A stretch of DNA of 64,000 nt from Neoechinorhynchus agilis. Taxonomy: Eukaryota; Animalia; Acanthocephala. Location: the NCBI GenBank assembly GCA_051530055.1, contig CM121343.1, positions 5,860,389 through 5,924,388 of the forward strand, written 5' to 3'. Under the pieces are notes generated by a model, which saw only the letters and a list, made by a program, of their open reading frames with translations, was not told where the DNA came from and did no database searches. The stretch's first letter is position 1; each line of letters begins with the position of its first letter. Made by a program: the position numbers and the translations under genes. Of this stretch, positions 17,479-29,877 are shown piece by piece.

Positions 17479-18006
17479 GATCCACGTTTCTTTGAGAGCA
17501 ATATTGACCCGTGGAACCTGTGTATTTGGATCCAAGTTTCCTCCTTGTGTGTAAAATGGACCTATAAAGCTCGAGTTTAGATATCCACGTTTCTTTGGCA
17601 GCAACATTGACCCGTGGAACCTGTGTATTTGGATCCAAGCTTCCTCCTTGTGGTTAAAATGGATTTATAAGGCTCGAATTTTGGGATCTTCCTTTGTTAT
17701 TGGTAAAATTGAATTATAAAAGTCGAATTTAGATATCCACGTTTTTTTGAGGGCCATATTGACCCGTGGAACCTGTGTATTTGGATCCAAGTTTATTCCT
17801 TGTGGGTAAAATGGACTTATAAAGCTCGAATTTGGGGATCTTCCTTTGTTGTTGGTAAAGTTGAATTATAAAACTCGAGTTTAGAGATCCGCGTTTCCTC
17901 GAGAACCATTTTGTCCCAAGGGACCTGGGTTTTGATATGCACTTTTCTTCCTTGTGGGTTAAATTGATTTTTACAGCTCGAATTTTGCGATCCGCGTTTC
18001 CTTGAG
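17479..18006. repeat. Degenerate tandem array of 103- and 152-bp units
   Basis: gacccgtggaacc (or a variant) at 17506, 17609, 17761 and 17913; the longer units carry an extra ~50-bp sub-repeat. Confidence 0.85.
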
Positions 18007-18354
18007 AACAGATTGAATGTGTTCGTCCATGAAATGGTTATCAAGGTCTCGACTGTATATGTCTGTCCTTTATGTATAAAAGATTTGTTTTTTTATGCTT
18101 GAGCGATATCCGACGAGCTTTGCATTCGTGAATGTATAAAATGCTATTTTGAAACTGGCATCGATCATTATAATTGCACAAATCAGATTTAATTAGTTCA
18201 GCATTTATTCAATTCACAGCGATCAAACATTTCCTTGTACTTGATATTTAATAATATCGTACGAGATCCTATCATTAAAATGGACAGCGCTTTTCGAACT
18301 TGAAGATTTTGCCTTTTAAATTGGAAAACATTCCTTTCGGTGGAAAAGAAGACG

Positions 18355-20383
18355 ATGGATGTTGTCCAATCGAGACCCAGTCCGTCGACAAGTTGTCAGC
18401 GATTTAATGTTCATTGCAATCAATGCCAAAGCAAAATATGGTCTGGAGATTTGACGTTAGAGCAGTTATTTACCGTTCTTAGAACATGGGATCCAATAAT
18501 TCAATTTAACGTAGATCAAATACAGGAAAAGGTAAAAGGATTTATGTTCGGTCTTTAAAAAACTATATTTAGTTTTTTCTGAGAAACGGTAGCGATTGTA
18601 TTAATGCCTTTGACCCAGTCACAGGAATGAATATTCTCATGTACACAATCCGGAGTGGGGCTACGGGTATTGGTGATGATGAAAAGGCAAAACACGCAGT
18701 GAGTGCCTTGTTCAAGAAAGGAGTTGATGTATACTGCAAAAGTCAGCTTCTTGGGATAAACTGTATCCATCTAGCTGCTCACTTTGATTGCCCTAAAGTC
18801 CTACGCTACATCATATCGCAAATGGATGTTGGCTGTCTTGGCGAGTGTATGCCCCCTCCCGTTTTTAAACAAGACCTTACCTTACTTTTTCAGTTTTAAA
18901 TGAACTTAGCGATAGCGGCTCTTCGCCAATTCATCTGGCCGCTGCCAATCTTAGCTCAGGAGCGTTTCGTGTGCTTATTGAATGCCCCGAAGTTAATATC
19001 CGTGCTCTCGATGATCAAGGTCGACCTGTTCAAGGTTAGCAAAATAAAAGAATTTTTTATCCCGAATATTCGTATTTAGCTTGCATTGGAACTAATCAAC
19101 CCAGCATCGATTCTAGCGATCCCAGGTTACGACTAATAAAAATGCTCTTAACAAAAGCGGCTCAAAAAAATTTGCGAAGCAACACTGAACCTGATCAAAT
19201 GAAATCAATCTTCACTATAAATCAAAAATCCTATGGTATGTTCTCTTTTCACATTCCACCCTTAATATAATGCAAAAATTTGCCAGCTTTGGAAAATAGA
19301 AATGCAACGTCAATTGTGAAAATGTATCATGTTCATATGAATTTGATTGAAATTGCTACAAGCATTTTGTCCTTTATCACAAAATTTTGCAACTTAAGAT
19401 TTTGTTGACGATGCATTTTTATTAAAATTAAAATAGATTATTTATTCCTTGAAGCATTTGTTTAATTTCTACGACTGCGCTCAGCGAATTCGCTCAAATA
19501 ATTTCAAAACCAATGATTTTAAAGATTACTCGCCCTTATAGTTCAATAGAGACATCCATGAACGTGATTCTTATAGCGATCTCTCGTACAAGTGTTATAA
19601 GAAACTAATCAGATTCTGATTGGCCAAATGCTTATCATTGCAGGATTAACGTTCGTACATCGCTTTTATTTTGTGGCTAAGATTTTCCCCTCTTCAAGTA
19701 ATAACAAAAAACACATCTTATTGTTGTTGTTTTTTGCTTTTTGTTCAACGTAGCAAAATTTCGAAGTTTTGAGGTGACACCTTACGTTGCATATAAAATC
19801 TCTCGTGCAACGATAAACTTCGAGCACCTCAACATTTTGATATCATTAAGGTTAAAAATTTTAATGATTCATCCTCAGTCCTGACTATTTCAGCTTTTTC
19901 GTCGCATTTTGCGATCGCACGAATCTTTGAAATATTATCGGACATATTCTAAAATGAAGGGTTTAAAGTAAGGCGAAATTAAAGATTAAATCGAGATTAT
20001 CTGCAATTTTTTAAAAATTTGTCTTTCTCATAACTCGTATTTTGAATGATGGAAATCAAGCGCACATTTTCAAAAATGTTCTTTTCGTCAATAATCTTCT
20101 GCGTAGACATTGCCATTGATCCATCAATCGGAGATCGCGTTCATGTGACTGGAAAGGGTGCCGGTGTTCTAAAATACGTCGGAGAACCCAATTTTTCAAC
20201 CGGTAAATAAGGTAAACTGATGAATGGTAATTTTATCTTTTTTTTGCAGGTCTATGGTATGGAATCGAGTTAGACGAATGCCGTGGACGCAACGACGGTT
20301 ATGTTCAAGGAAAGAAGTACTTCAATTGTAAACAGCGACATGGAATATTTGTTAGACGTTCAAAAATCGAGAAGATTTTGTGA
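18355..20383 (+). CDS. CLIP4: Ankyrin + CAP-Gly protein of the CLIP3/CLIP4 type, multi-exon
   Basis: [38 protein letters not shown] and IHLAAANLS, then CAP-Gly [18 protein letters not shown]...[25 protein letters not shown]; canonical introns. The start codon is uncertain. Confidence 0.85.
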
Positions 20384-20455
20384 GTGTTCAAAATACTTGT
20401 TTTCTATAAAATCACACATCTTTCACTCCTATCTTTACACTCGTTTCTCCATTTA

Positions 20456-23092
20456 CTATAAATCTCCAGCACTTCGGACCGACGTTAGCAAATTGGCTGC
20501 CGTGGGCGTGATCCTTTTTTGCGGCAAGCGTTCATTGTGTTGTGCGAGTGGTGGTATTGTCGGTGCTCGGCTGGAATGCCTGCGTGTCTCTTTGTTTGGC
20601 CTCTGCAGACCCTTGATCAGGTGCAGCTTTGTCATACACTCGGAATCGTCAAATATTGGGTGAACCTTGTAGTAATTTATCATAGCAAGTGCCCAAGTCG
20701 ACGGATCGCCTTTGGAAACTTACTCATCTTACAAGATCATTCAGAGATCCGAATACGCGTTTGCCGATCGTGAAACATCCCATTGTTAGTTGATCGACTC
20801 TAAAGTGCCGAACACGGCCGTTGTGTGCGAGGACACTGATGGAATAGAACCGAGGTGAATGCTGCTGCTGATTGATGGACAAAGGTGACGACGGATCCAA
20901 TGTGTTGCGTCGCATGCTTTCTCTGATTAGAAAGTCGCCCGTCTGACCGTAACGGGTAAGTAGCTCGTCGGCCGTTTGCCTTGAAATGAGTCCGAAATAC
21001 CAGTCGTTTTTAGTCAAAGATGCGTAGTGGTCCAAGAGACTTGAATTGCATGAAGCTATCGAGGATGATGATGACGATCTCGTTCTTCCCTTTCTCGACT
21101 CTTTTTTCCTAGGAATCGTATGCCAACACTCAATTCTTCTCATGCTCATATTGCTCAATCCACAATTAGTTCCCTTCGTAAAACCCGAGGTTCTCTCGCA
21201 AATCGGATCCATCGAACAATCAAGCAATGTTATCGATCGAGGAATAAAGCCACGCTGACCAAATTCATTTTCAACCCATAACCAATCAACGTTCGATTTG
21301 ATCGAGTAACTCTCGTCAGGATGTGAACAATTGTTTAAGCGAGGTGAAGACGATCGAGTTGTTACCGTGCACTGTAATGAACGGGACAAACATAATGTGT
21401 CCGTGATTGCTGGCGACCGTTCCAAAAGTTTTAATCGTTCTCCTTTGGCCACATTCAACTCAATGTCGTTTTGGGCCTCGTAAGGTAAAATTGGACGAAC
21501 GAACATAAATCTTTGTTGCGCATTCAAAGACTTTCTAACGTTTCCATGTTCATCTTCACTTATCACCGCTTTTCTAGGATATTCTCGAAACATCTCGGCC
21601 GTGATGTCATCATTGACTTTTGCCTTACTTGACCGCAGTGGCGCCGGTGGCGTCGATACTGCTGATACATGCTTTTGTGAGGCACGTTGAACAAAAACAG
21701 TTTAATATTGTCTATCAAACTCACCTCACTCAAGTGATTTGATGGAAACCAACCACGATGAGCGCATGCTTCAACCAACCACCAACCATCGTCCTTCTTC
21801 TGCAAGACTGTCACTCGTGTACCTCTCGTCAATGTGAGCTCGTCATCTCTAAAATCAAAAGGTAAATTTCATCGTGATCTCTTCACCATGCAAATCCATT
21901 TCGATTTGTATCCAATTTTAAAGGGATTTAAGTAATCGCGGAAATATCTCTTTTTTCTAACGAAGGTAACGTAGACACCTATCCCTGAATTTTTATAGTG
22001 CAACCGTAACCTTTCCCGGAAATAGAAGGTATTTTTGGGGTCTTTTGCTGTAATCACAAACATTGTTAATTGTATGAACTATAAAGAAAAGTAAGCATTC
22101 CATGCGATGCTCTAGTTTTCGGTATTTACCATCCATTGTTTAAATGTGACACGATTGGTGGTAATTTTGTGGAGATTAGAGCCCTATAAAATCGGTTACG
22201 TGAGCGAGGTAGTAAGTTCAGGAATCTTTTCGTTTTAGTATCTTTATAGTGGCATCTTTATTTTAACAATTGAATGAGTTTTTAGATTTGCCACAAAAGG
22301 TTAAAAGAGAGAAGAACTGGAGAGCTTTTCCTCTTCATTTGTTGAACGCACCATTTCGTCGGTTTTTATACAGAGAAGATGAACTTAATCCTGATGATGT
22401 GAAGAAAATGAATTCTATGAAAGGGAATTAACTTTTTAATGGAGTAGTTCTCTCGCGTCCAGTTGTGATAAATTTGATTTGACTAACGAATTCGTTTATA
22501 ACTTTTTATTAAAAATTTATTTCCTTCTGGAGACTTTTCGGTTGACCAAAACGTTGTTAAAAATCCAAAATGCACATTTGTCTGGATTATTATGGTAAAA
22601 TTCATTACCCTTTAAAGACTAAAATAGGATTTTCGTAGAGAACTCATGCAAAATACCAGCTTGAGTATGCACTCACTTTTGAGCATTATAGCGATGTTGA
22701 ACGACAGCGTAGCACGGTGCTTGAAAACGACTGGTGGAAGGTTTGCATTGAAATGATTGGTTATCCAATGGAAAGTCATCAGTTCGGAACTCTTGTTGCT
22801 GACTGGTTGTTGACTTTTGACGGCGTCCATAAATGAACTTTGCGAAGATATTTTTTCGATCCCGCCTCATGAAGTTCGATGGTACATATCTGGTGAACAT
22901 GTATTTCTGGGTAATATTAGATATTTAAAAGGCAAAACCATACCCGACTTCATCCGTTTCTAAGTTGCGAACCAGCCACCACAGTTTAGAATCGTCGACT
23001 AGAACGAACCGGTCACCTCGAGTTATGCTTAACTCATTGACGTCTTGTCCTTCGTAGTCATAACGAGCGGTTGCTGTCTGCTGATCGTTCAT
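20456..23092 (-). CDS. NCK: Nck/Dock adaptor (three SH3 + SH2)
   Basis: SH3-1 ARYDYEGQDVNELSI...WWLV...GYVPSNF; SH3-2 YNAQKDDELTLTRG...GWFPSN; SH3-3; SH2 WYFGLISRQ...FLIRES...VRHFRV; final exon INYYKVHPIF...KLHLIK. Internal introns are canonical except the last junction. Confidence 0.93.
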
Positions 23093-25494
23093 TCCGCATA
23101 AGAGTGATGCGCCTAGACGAGAGAAGAGAGCTGCGCAAATCGATCTCTAAATTGCGTTTTTATTCGCGCAAGGAGAAGGACCATTAAAAAGGTTGGGGAA
23201 ACGCGTCTTTGCTTTAAATTCGTACTTGGCGAAATCATACAAATATGGAACCTTACGGAATCCGGATTCGCGTCATTCCAACCAGACTTGTGCGTGTACG
23301 TGGGCGTATTTTTTGGCATGTGATTTTTTCACACTAAAGTAGTTCTCTTGGAAGCGGCACCTCGGTTGCGCTGACGATCCATTAAAGGATTCACTGTGAC
23401 AGAGAACCATAACTACGTAGAGAACGAAATTATGAAACCATAGTGATTTTCTTGTGAGTTCAGATAGAACTTAAGCGGCTCCCGGGGTCTGCGCATTATT
23501 AAAAATGTATAGGAGATTCTTGTATCCAACCAAAAAATCGGATTTATAATTGAAAAATGACAAGTTATCGCCACTGTGTTTCCGAAATGAGTTTTTTGTG
23601 GGTGTGGGTGGGTGGATGGAATCATTTTTACAAGTGTTCGTTGCTTATTCGTAGTTATCTTACCTATTTTAGATCTTATAATAAAAGAAACTGGATTATG
23701 GTGCTGCTTGTGCCAAACAAACACAGGCGATTTGTTGATACTACATGCAGTTCCTAGATGAGTGCTACTGACGGCAGTGGTGATAATGGACCCATTTTTC
23801 ATATCTTAAGAGGTAATACGTGAGAAAGACTGTTTCCACTTCATATAAGTTTAAAATCTCCCCTTTCTACAAGTGGTGGTGGTGGTCGTCGTCGAAGTGG
23901 CATGTAAAGGCCTCCTCTTCCATTTTTGTGATGCATTTTATTGGCGTGGCGCAACGCCAGCAGCAGCAGCGGCAGCAGCAGGTCCATTTCACAGTGGTAT
24001 GCCTCGAGAAAGGGAGAAAGGGCATGTAGAGGTACAAAGCGAGCGCAAGCATCATTAAAATTCGAACACACACACATAGAGACCCTACTACTTCCTTACA
24101 ACTTGAGACCGACGAAAACCCCTGGTTTAATGCCGGGAGTCAAACTCACCAAATATGCAACCTAAGGAACTCTTCTTCATGCCCCGATTAAAATATAGGA
24201 CACAAATGTGGCATTTTACACGCATTCGTTCAATGATTTTTTATGTGTGTGAAATTGGGTTCATAGTAAGCTCCTTTTTTCGTCTTAGGGTGGGTGTGAC
24301 AATATGAAAACGCACTACAAACCCACGAATCCTCCATGCTTCTTACCTCGCGTACATACTGACTTGCAGTCCATTCCATTTCTGCGATTGTTCATGTTTC
24401 GTCGCCGTCGTTGTAGTAGTAGTAGTAGATTACCACTACCACCCAGGTTCCGCTTTTGTAGAGCACTAATCCGTGAGACGGTTGATTATTGAGTGTGGTC
24501 GTATAACGAAATCGTTGCGGCAAGACGGGGTGATGTGATTGATCAAAGATATATCCATGGAGAATGAGGAGCACCACCACCACCACGAAATTGATTCATC
24601 CTTCCCCTATTCACGCTATACCTTTAGAACGAGAAGCACTTTCCACGCTCCTCTCAAACTGCGTCGCCGCCAGTATCTTGCGTCTCTCATTTTCTCACGC
24701 TTGGGGAGGAAACATCGACGTTCATTCTCCCTGTTCCTAAAGATTGCAAAACAACGATTGTTCCCGGAAAAAGTATACTCACGCTTCACACTCCGCACAC
24801 TATTGCGCCTCAGACACAGTATTGTCCTTGTTCTCATCGGTTTCCTATTCTCTTCCAAATGAAAACATTATACGCACTTTTCAGTCGAAGGTTAAACATC
24901 CGCGAACTTATTTCCGATTTTTAATGCCGCCGCCTCCTTCTCCTCGGTAGCATATTCCATCCAATTGGCAATGACGTGTGTCTAAAGTTTGATTTCAAAA
25001 GTGGACGAAAACAATATATGTGATATAATTACATGAGCAAAATAAAGTTTTAAGTTCCATATATTGGTTTGATACAGAATTCCTAAGTCTCATGAAAAAT
25101 CACAGCGGGTTTTAGAACTTGTAAAATTTTAATAATACGATCGAGCTTATTTTGAACCTTTTTAAAAATCGGTCATGAAGGATGACAACGATGCGGGCAT
25201 CAATTATTGACCATGTCGTCCCGTGGATCTCCTTTAGTCAAACATCTTGCCACTAAAATTATCTTCCGGTACGATTTAAGGAATAGTTGCAAGAACATGG
25301 TACAGCCGAATGAAAAGGTTTAGAATTGTAAGACGGAAAAGTAAGAACTATAGCACTCACAACTTTTTTTTCACATTTTTAGCGTGATTTATCTAGTTAG
25401 TTTTCTTCTTTTACTATGTTGTTGCATATCTTTACATCCTGACGATACGACGCATGTCTTAGTTTATAAAATAATCCCTTACAAAATCATTTTA

Positions 25495-26430
25495 TCAATC
25501 GTTGTTCAGTGATTGGTATTTGTCCAATAATTTACAAGTATTTAATCTGAATTCCATATATGCTCTGGAGAGGTTGTAGCCACTTTTAAGTATAGTTTCA
25601 ACCTGTTCCCATTTCATTTTGTGATTGCTTCGCCTGATTTTTGTCAGAATAATCGATATTGGGTGAAGATGTGGCGAGCATGGTGGACATAGCAATAGTT
25701 CTCTATTTGAATGCTTCTTTATAACTTTAAGAAGCAACTCGTTTGAAACGAGTCTTCTATTATCCGTTATGACCACTTTAGTACTGCTCGGTACAACTTC
25801 TAGTGCCGAGTCAATAAGATCGACAAACTCTTGTTCGTCGCAGTAGGGTGAGCTTATTTTGTACTTTAAAACAGTGTCCCATGTAGTGCAAAGGAATAAA
25901 TGAAAATAATGGGCTCTCGGTGGGCTGAATGTTGTTTCGCCGATAAAGACGAAGTCATCGTTTTTGTAAAAACAAACTGATCGCACATATGATTGCTGCA
26001 ATTTGCAAAAGTTTGATTGAACAGTATCGTTGCATTGGAGCGGAAAGACGCTTTGAAACGCTAATGGCCACAATAGGTCAATATTTACATATTTTTGATT
26101 ATTTATAATGCTCGCTGGACTTTCTCGGTGTTCAATAAGAGATGATGAAATCATAGATCGATCAGTACCATTCACTGGTGCCATATTATCATCTTTGAGA
26201 GTCTTATAGTCTCTTCGGGTTTGGAATATGGTTTTGATATCTAAAAATTCTCCTGCCCGTAATCGTTTTAAGAGTCTAATTACTGTTCTATTGGACAGGT
26301 CCAAGTAGACGGCGATTTCCTTGTTTTTATGGCCTGCCTCCTTAAGTTGTTTGAGTTTAGCGATTGTTTCGATCGTAACCGAGCGGCGTTGCTTCCTTCT
26401 TTTTTTATACTCAAATCGTTTATTGGGCAT
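25495..26430 (-). CDS. Intact intronless ORF derived from an IS630/Tc1-mariner transposase, with a degenerate catalytic triad
   Basis: N-terminal HTH (GHKNKEIAVYLDLSNRTVIRLLKR). FVFIGETTF, VVITDNR and LCPPCSPHLHPIS correspond to the FxDET, DNA and LPPYSPDLNPIE motifs. No flanking TIRs were seen. Confidence 0.75.
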   Translation of the reverse strand: MPNKRFEYKKRRKQRRSVTIETIAKLKQLKEAGHKNKEIAVYLDLSNRTVIRLLKRLRAGEFLDIKTIFQTRRDYKTLKDDNMAPVNGTDRSMISSSLIEHRESPASIINNQKYVNIDLLWPLAFQSVFPLQCNDTVQSNFCKLQQSYVRSVCFYKNDDFVFIGETTFSPPRAHYFHLFLCTTWDTVLKYKISSPYCDEQEFVDLIDSALEVVPSSTKVVITDNRRLVSNELLLKVIKKHSNRELLLCPPCSPHLHPISIILTKIRRSNHKMKWEQVETILKSGYNLSRAYMEFRLNTCKLLDKYQSLNND

Positions 26431-27696
26431 TGGTTAAAGGGTACTTAACTTCATGCAGCTCTCTATTTCGTGGTTAACGTTTTTGGAAAGCTCCTCTGAG
26501 TGACTATGGATGAGACAGTGCACGTGTATGGATAAAGGAAACCACCGTGAGTAATCGTGCCTTTGTCTTGTGCCTATTCTCTTCCTCGTTGAACGTATAG
26601 CAATCTGATCTTATGTGGAAAAGAAACAATGGTTGTCGGTGCAAAATATGTACTACAACACATATACGAGTCTTTGATGAGCGTAATCTGCTACCCTTGC
26701 TCACATCGACAAAAAAAAACTTAAAAGTTGCGGAATCGAGCGACTTTGGAAATTGTCAAAGGAACGCCGAGCAATCAAATTAAACCAGACCAAGCTTTGT
26801 TCGATTAACCGTTTTAAGAAGCTTATTATCCCCGTCGTTCAATTTTGGTCCTTCTAGCATTCGAGCCTTGCCTTTTTTGTGATAATCACCATCCAAAAAT
26901 CTTACATCGACAATTGAAACCGACTTTTACTGGATCACCATTAGACATTGAGCTACTATAGGTGTATCGATTAGGAAATAGACGTTCAAAGCCCGGATCA
27001 AGTGGTACGCTCGTTCGTTGATTATAGAAGAACTGAAATACTCTTTTTTGCTACATGTAATTCCACGAGGCGCTTTTATAACCATGTTCAAATGGCCAAT
27101 CTAATGTTTCAGAAATTCGTCTAACAAACTTTTACGGTTGTATGCAACAACGATTGTTGCCTAAACAATGTACCAACCTCAAAAGTTGAGATGACCTGAT
27201 AAGAACCGAATGGTCACTGTAAGTTTCCTTCAAATGAATTGTTAAATTCGAGATTGATGAGTGTGTGTGTGCTGGAATTGAGAAGAGTTTTGTGATTCAT
27301 ATTATAAATCGTCTTTTTCAAGCAAAATCGCATGATCCAGTGCCTGTGAACTCAAAATTCCTCGCTAGTAAGGTCCACTAGCGCGAAATTCTAATCGGGA
27401 TACTACGATCATATCGCTTCGAATGCCACAAATTACGATACCAAGGAGCGTAATGTTACGAAACGCATTGGCGGCTGTTTATACTGAACTGGTATATTTC
27501 TACGTCACACGTTGAAACTATCGCGCCGTTTAACTAATTTGAATTGCCAAGGTCCTAATAACGGCGGGGAGGAGAATGCTAAGAGGTGGTGGTGGTGGTG
27601 GTGAATTAGAGTGTATCGTAGAGAGATGAACGAGTTGGATGGGGATTGGCGGGAGATTTTGTTCCCTTAAAGTAGGTAGCGGACTTCGAGGTTTAA

Positions 27697-29654
27697 ATGA
27701 TTTCTTTGAAGACCATGGCAATGAAGTTAGAAATTAAAGACAAAGAGGATGATGATTCCACTGGACGAAAAAAAATGGATATATCAAATGAAAGCTCGTG
27801 TGTAAAAATCACGTCTACCGAGAATGGAAACAATGAAATCGATAACGGTCATTCTGCTCCTGACGAATGCACACCAGAAAAAGACGAAATCAAAATATTC
27901 GATGATGAAGGAGACGGTGACGCTCCAATAACGCCTCTGATGGACGACAAATTGGGTTTAATGGAAAACAATCTTCAGCAATTTGGGTATGACGAACAGG
28001 TTAGCGTGTGGGGGGGAGGTTTAAGTTCTGCAATCTTAACTCTCTTATTGAACTTTAAATTTAAGATGGAGCTTAATGTTGATAGTGCGAAATCGGAATA
28101 TTTGAGTACGCCAGCACAAAGTAACAAAGATCCAGAAAGCACGGGTATTAGAGAATTTTCGCCAGTGTCATTGTCGGTTACATTTCAGTAGTCTATAGTG
28201 CAAATCACGGTCGGCAATTCAATTCGGGAATAATAAGGCCTAAGGTGAGGCCAGGGGTTACTATGACGGCAAATAATGGATCTTTGCGACCACCATATTT
28301 TACAGGATCGTCAGTATAAGAACTATTTGCTTCTGCGTAAATCGCGTTTAGGCTTATCAATCCTGGACTAATGTTAAATATGCACGGCGTACTTAATGGG
28401 AATTTCAGTGGCCTACCCGAAAGGGAGAACGGCACGAATATGGACACTTCTAAAGGAAAATCCGGATTTCCCGAGCACGATTACAATATGCGTGTCTCAC
28501 CGTTGCATCCTGGAGTTGCATGGCCGAACCCACAGCCTGTTGTTAGCCATTGTGTGAGAGCAAGTTTTAATCCATTTTTATCAATCAATGCAAACCTTAA
28601 TACCTTTGGTTCTGATCCACGACTCCCTGAGATGTCATCAGCTGCGAATCTAGCTGCGCAAGCGATGGCGGCAGCCGCATCGGGTCTACCCATGCCGACG
28701 GTTGAAATTCCGGCTGCTGGATTTTTTAAGGATCAGCGATTGCTCCCCGAGTATTCCAACTCTTCAGCCACAACCAATCGAATCGATCAAAAAGAAGCAA
28801 TAAACGGTCAGAGATTTTTAGCTGATAATAGCAACAGTGGTGGGGAATATGATTCTGAGCAGCAGCAGCGAGGACAAGAGAGGCGGCCACATATTAAGAA
28901 GCCCTTGAACGCATTTATGCTCTTTATGCGCGAGCATAGGTCCAAGGTCGTCAACGAGAACGACATTAAGGAAAGTGCGGCGATTAACCAATTGTTAGGA
29001 CGTAAATGGCATTCTTTGCCAAAAGAAGAACAGTCGAAGTATTATGAGATGGCTAAAGAGGAGAGAATGAAGCACATGGAGCTCCATCCCGGATGGAGTG
29101 CTCGTGAGAACTACGGTCTTAGGAAAAGACGAAGGACGCGCCGAGAGCCCCCTCGAAACGCGAGTTCCTCTAATCCCGGTTAGAACGATCATTTAAGTCG
29201 CAATTTCGCCTAATCAAATAATATTGCAGAATTTGCCCGGAAATGTAGAGCCAGATATGGATCCGACCGCGTTGAGCTCTGGTGTAAGACGTGTAAACGG
29301 AAAAAGAAATGCAGTCGCTTTACTAGTGAAGAAAGCAGCTACAGAGTCGCCATTGACAACAACGCGACTGAAGTGACTTCTTGCAACGACGGTCCGTACG
29401 ATGTAGTCGAAGAAAACGAGGAAGATATAGACGTGGAATGCGACTTGTTTAATGCTGCGTCCCCTAGACTTCTCGAGATTCATAGTGACGATGATAATAG
29501 CTCAAAAAATCCGGAACCCAATCAGTATTCGTCGAATGATGACGCACAGAGCACTGAACAGAATGTTAATCCTTTTCAAGCAGAGAAGATCGCAAAGGAA
29601 GGAATTTTTAAAAGCAATCAAGACGGATCTCCTTCTCGAGATACAAAATCATAA
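27697..29654 (+). CDS. TCF: TCF/LEF (pangolin) Wnt effector: beta-catenin-binding motif, HMG box and C-clamp
   Basis: [10 protein letters not shown]; [19 protein letters not shown]...WSARENYG; after CCG|gttag...tgcag| the frame reads [28 protein letters not shown]. Confidence 0.95.
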
Positions 29655-29877
29655 TGACTAAAGTATATGTTATTTATGTACTCGTCGTTTGGCTTTAAAT
29701 TTTAAGCATTTTTTAAACGAATAAGATTTTCTCTTTAAATTGACACTAAGCGAATACGCTTCATAACAAATAAGATCTATTGATCAAATTCTCTTCAAGG
29801 GTTCAGCGGAAAATTATCGAGGACGATATTTTATTTTAACACACACACCGAACATTATTCGCAGCTTTCATGCGATC

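Noticed and set aside
18841-18895. GC-AG intron in the CLIP gene
   Set aside because: A same-phase GT donor (gtatgc) is available a few bases downstream.
23400-24950. Cluster of short ORFs on both strands
   Set aside because: They arise from CAG/CAC/GT-type low-complexity tracts upstream of NCK; no consistent coding signal.
28173-28198. 26-nt intron in TCF
   Set aside because: A 44-nt alternative (28145-28188, donor gtatta) restores the frame equally well.
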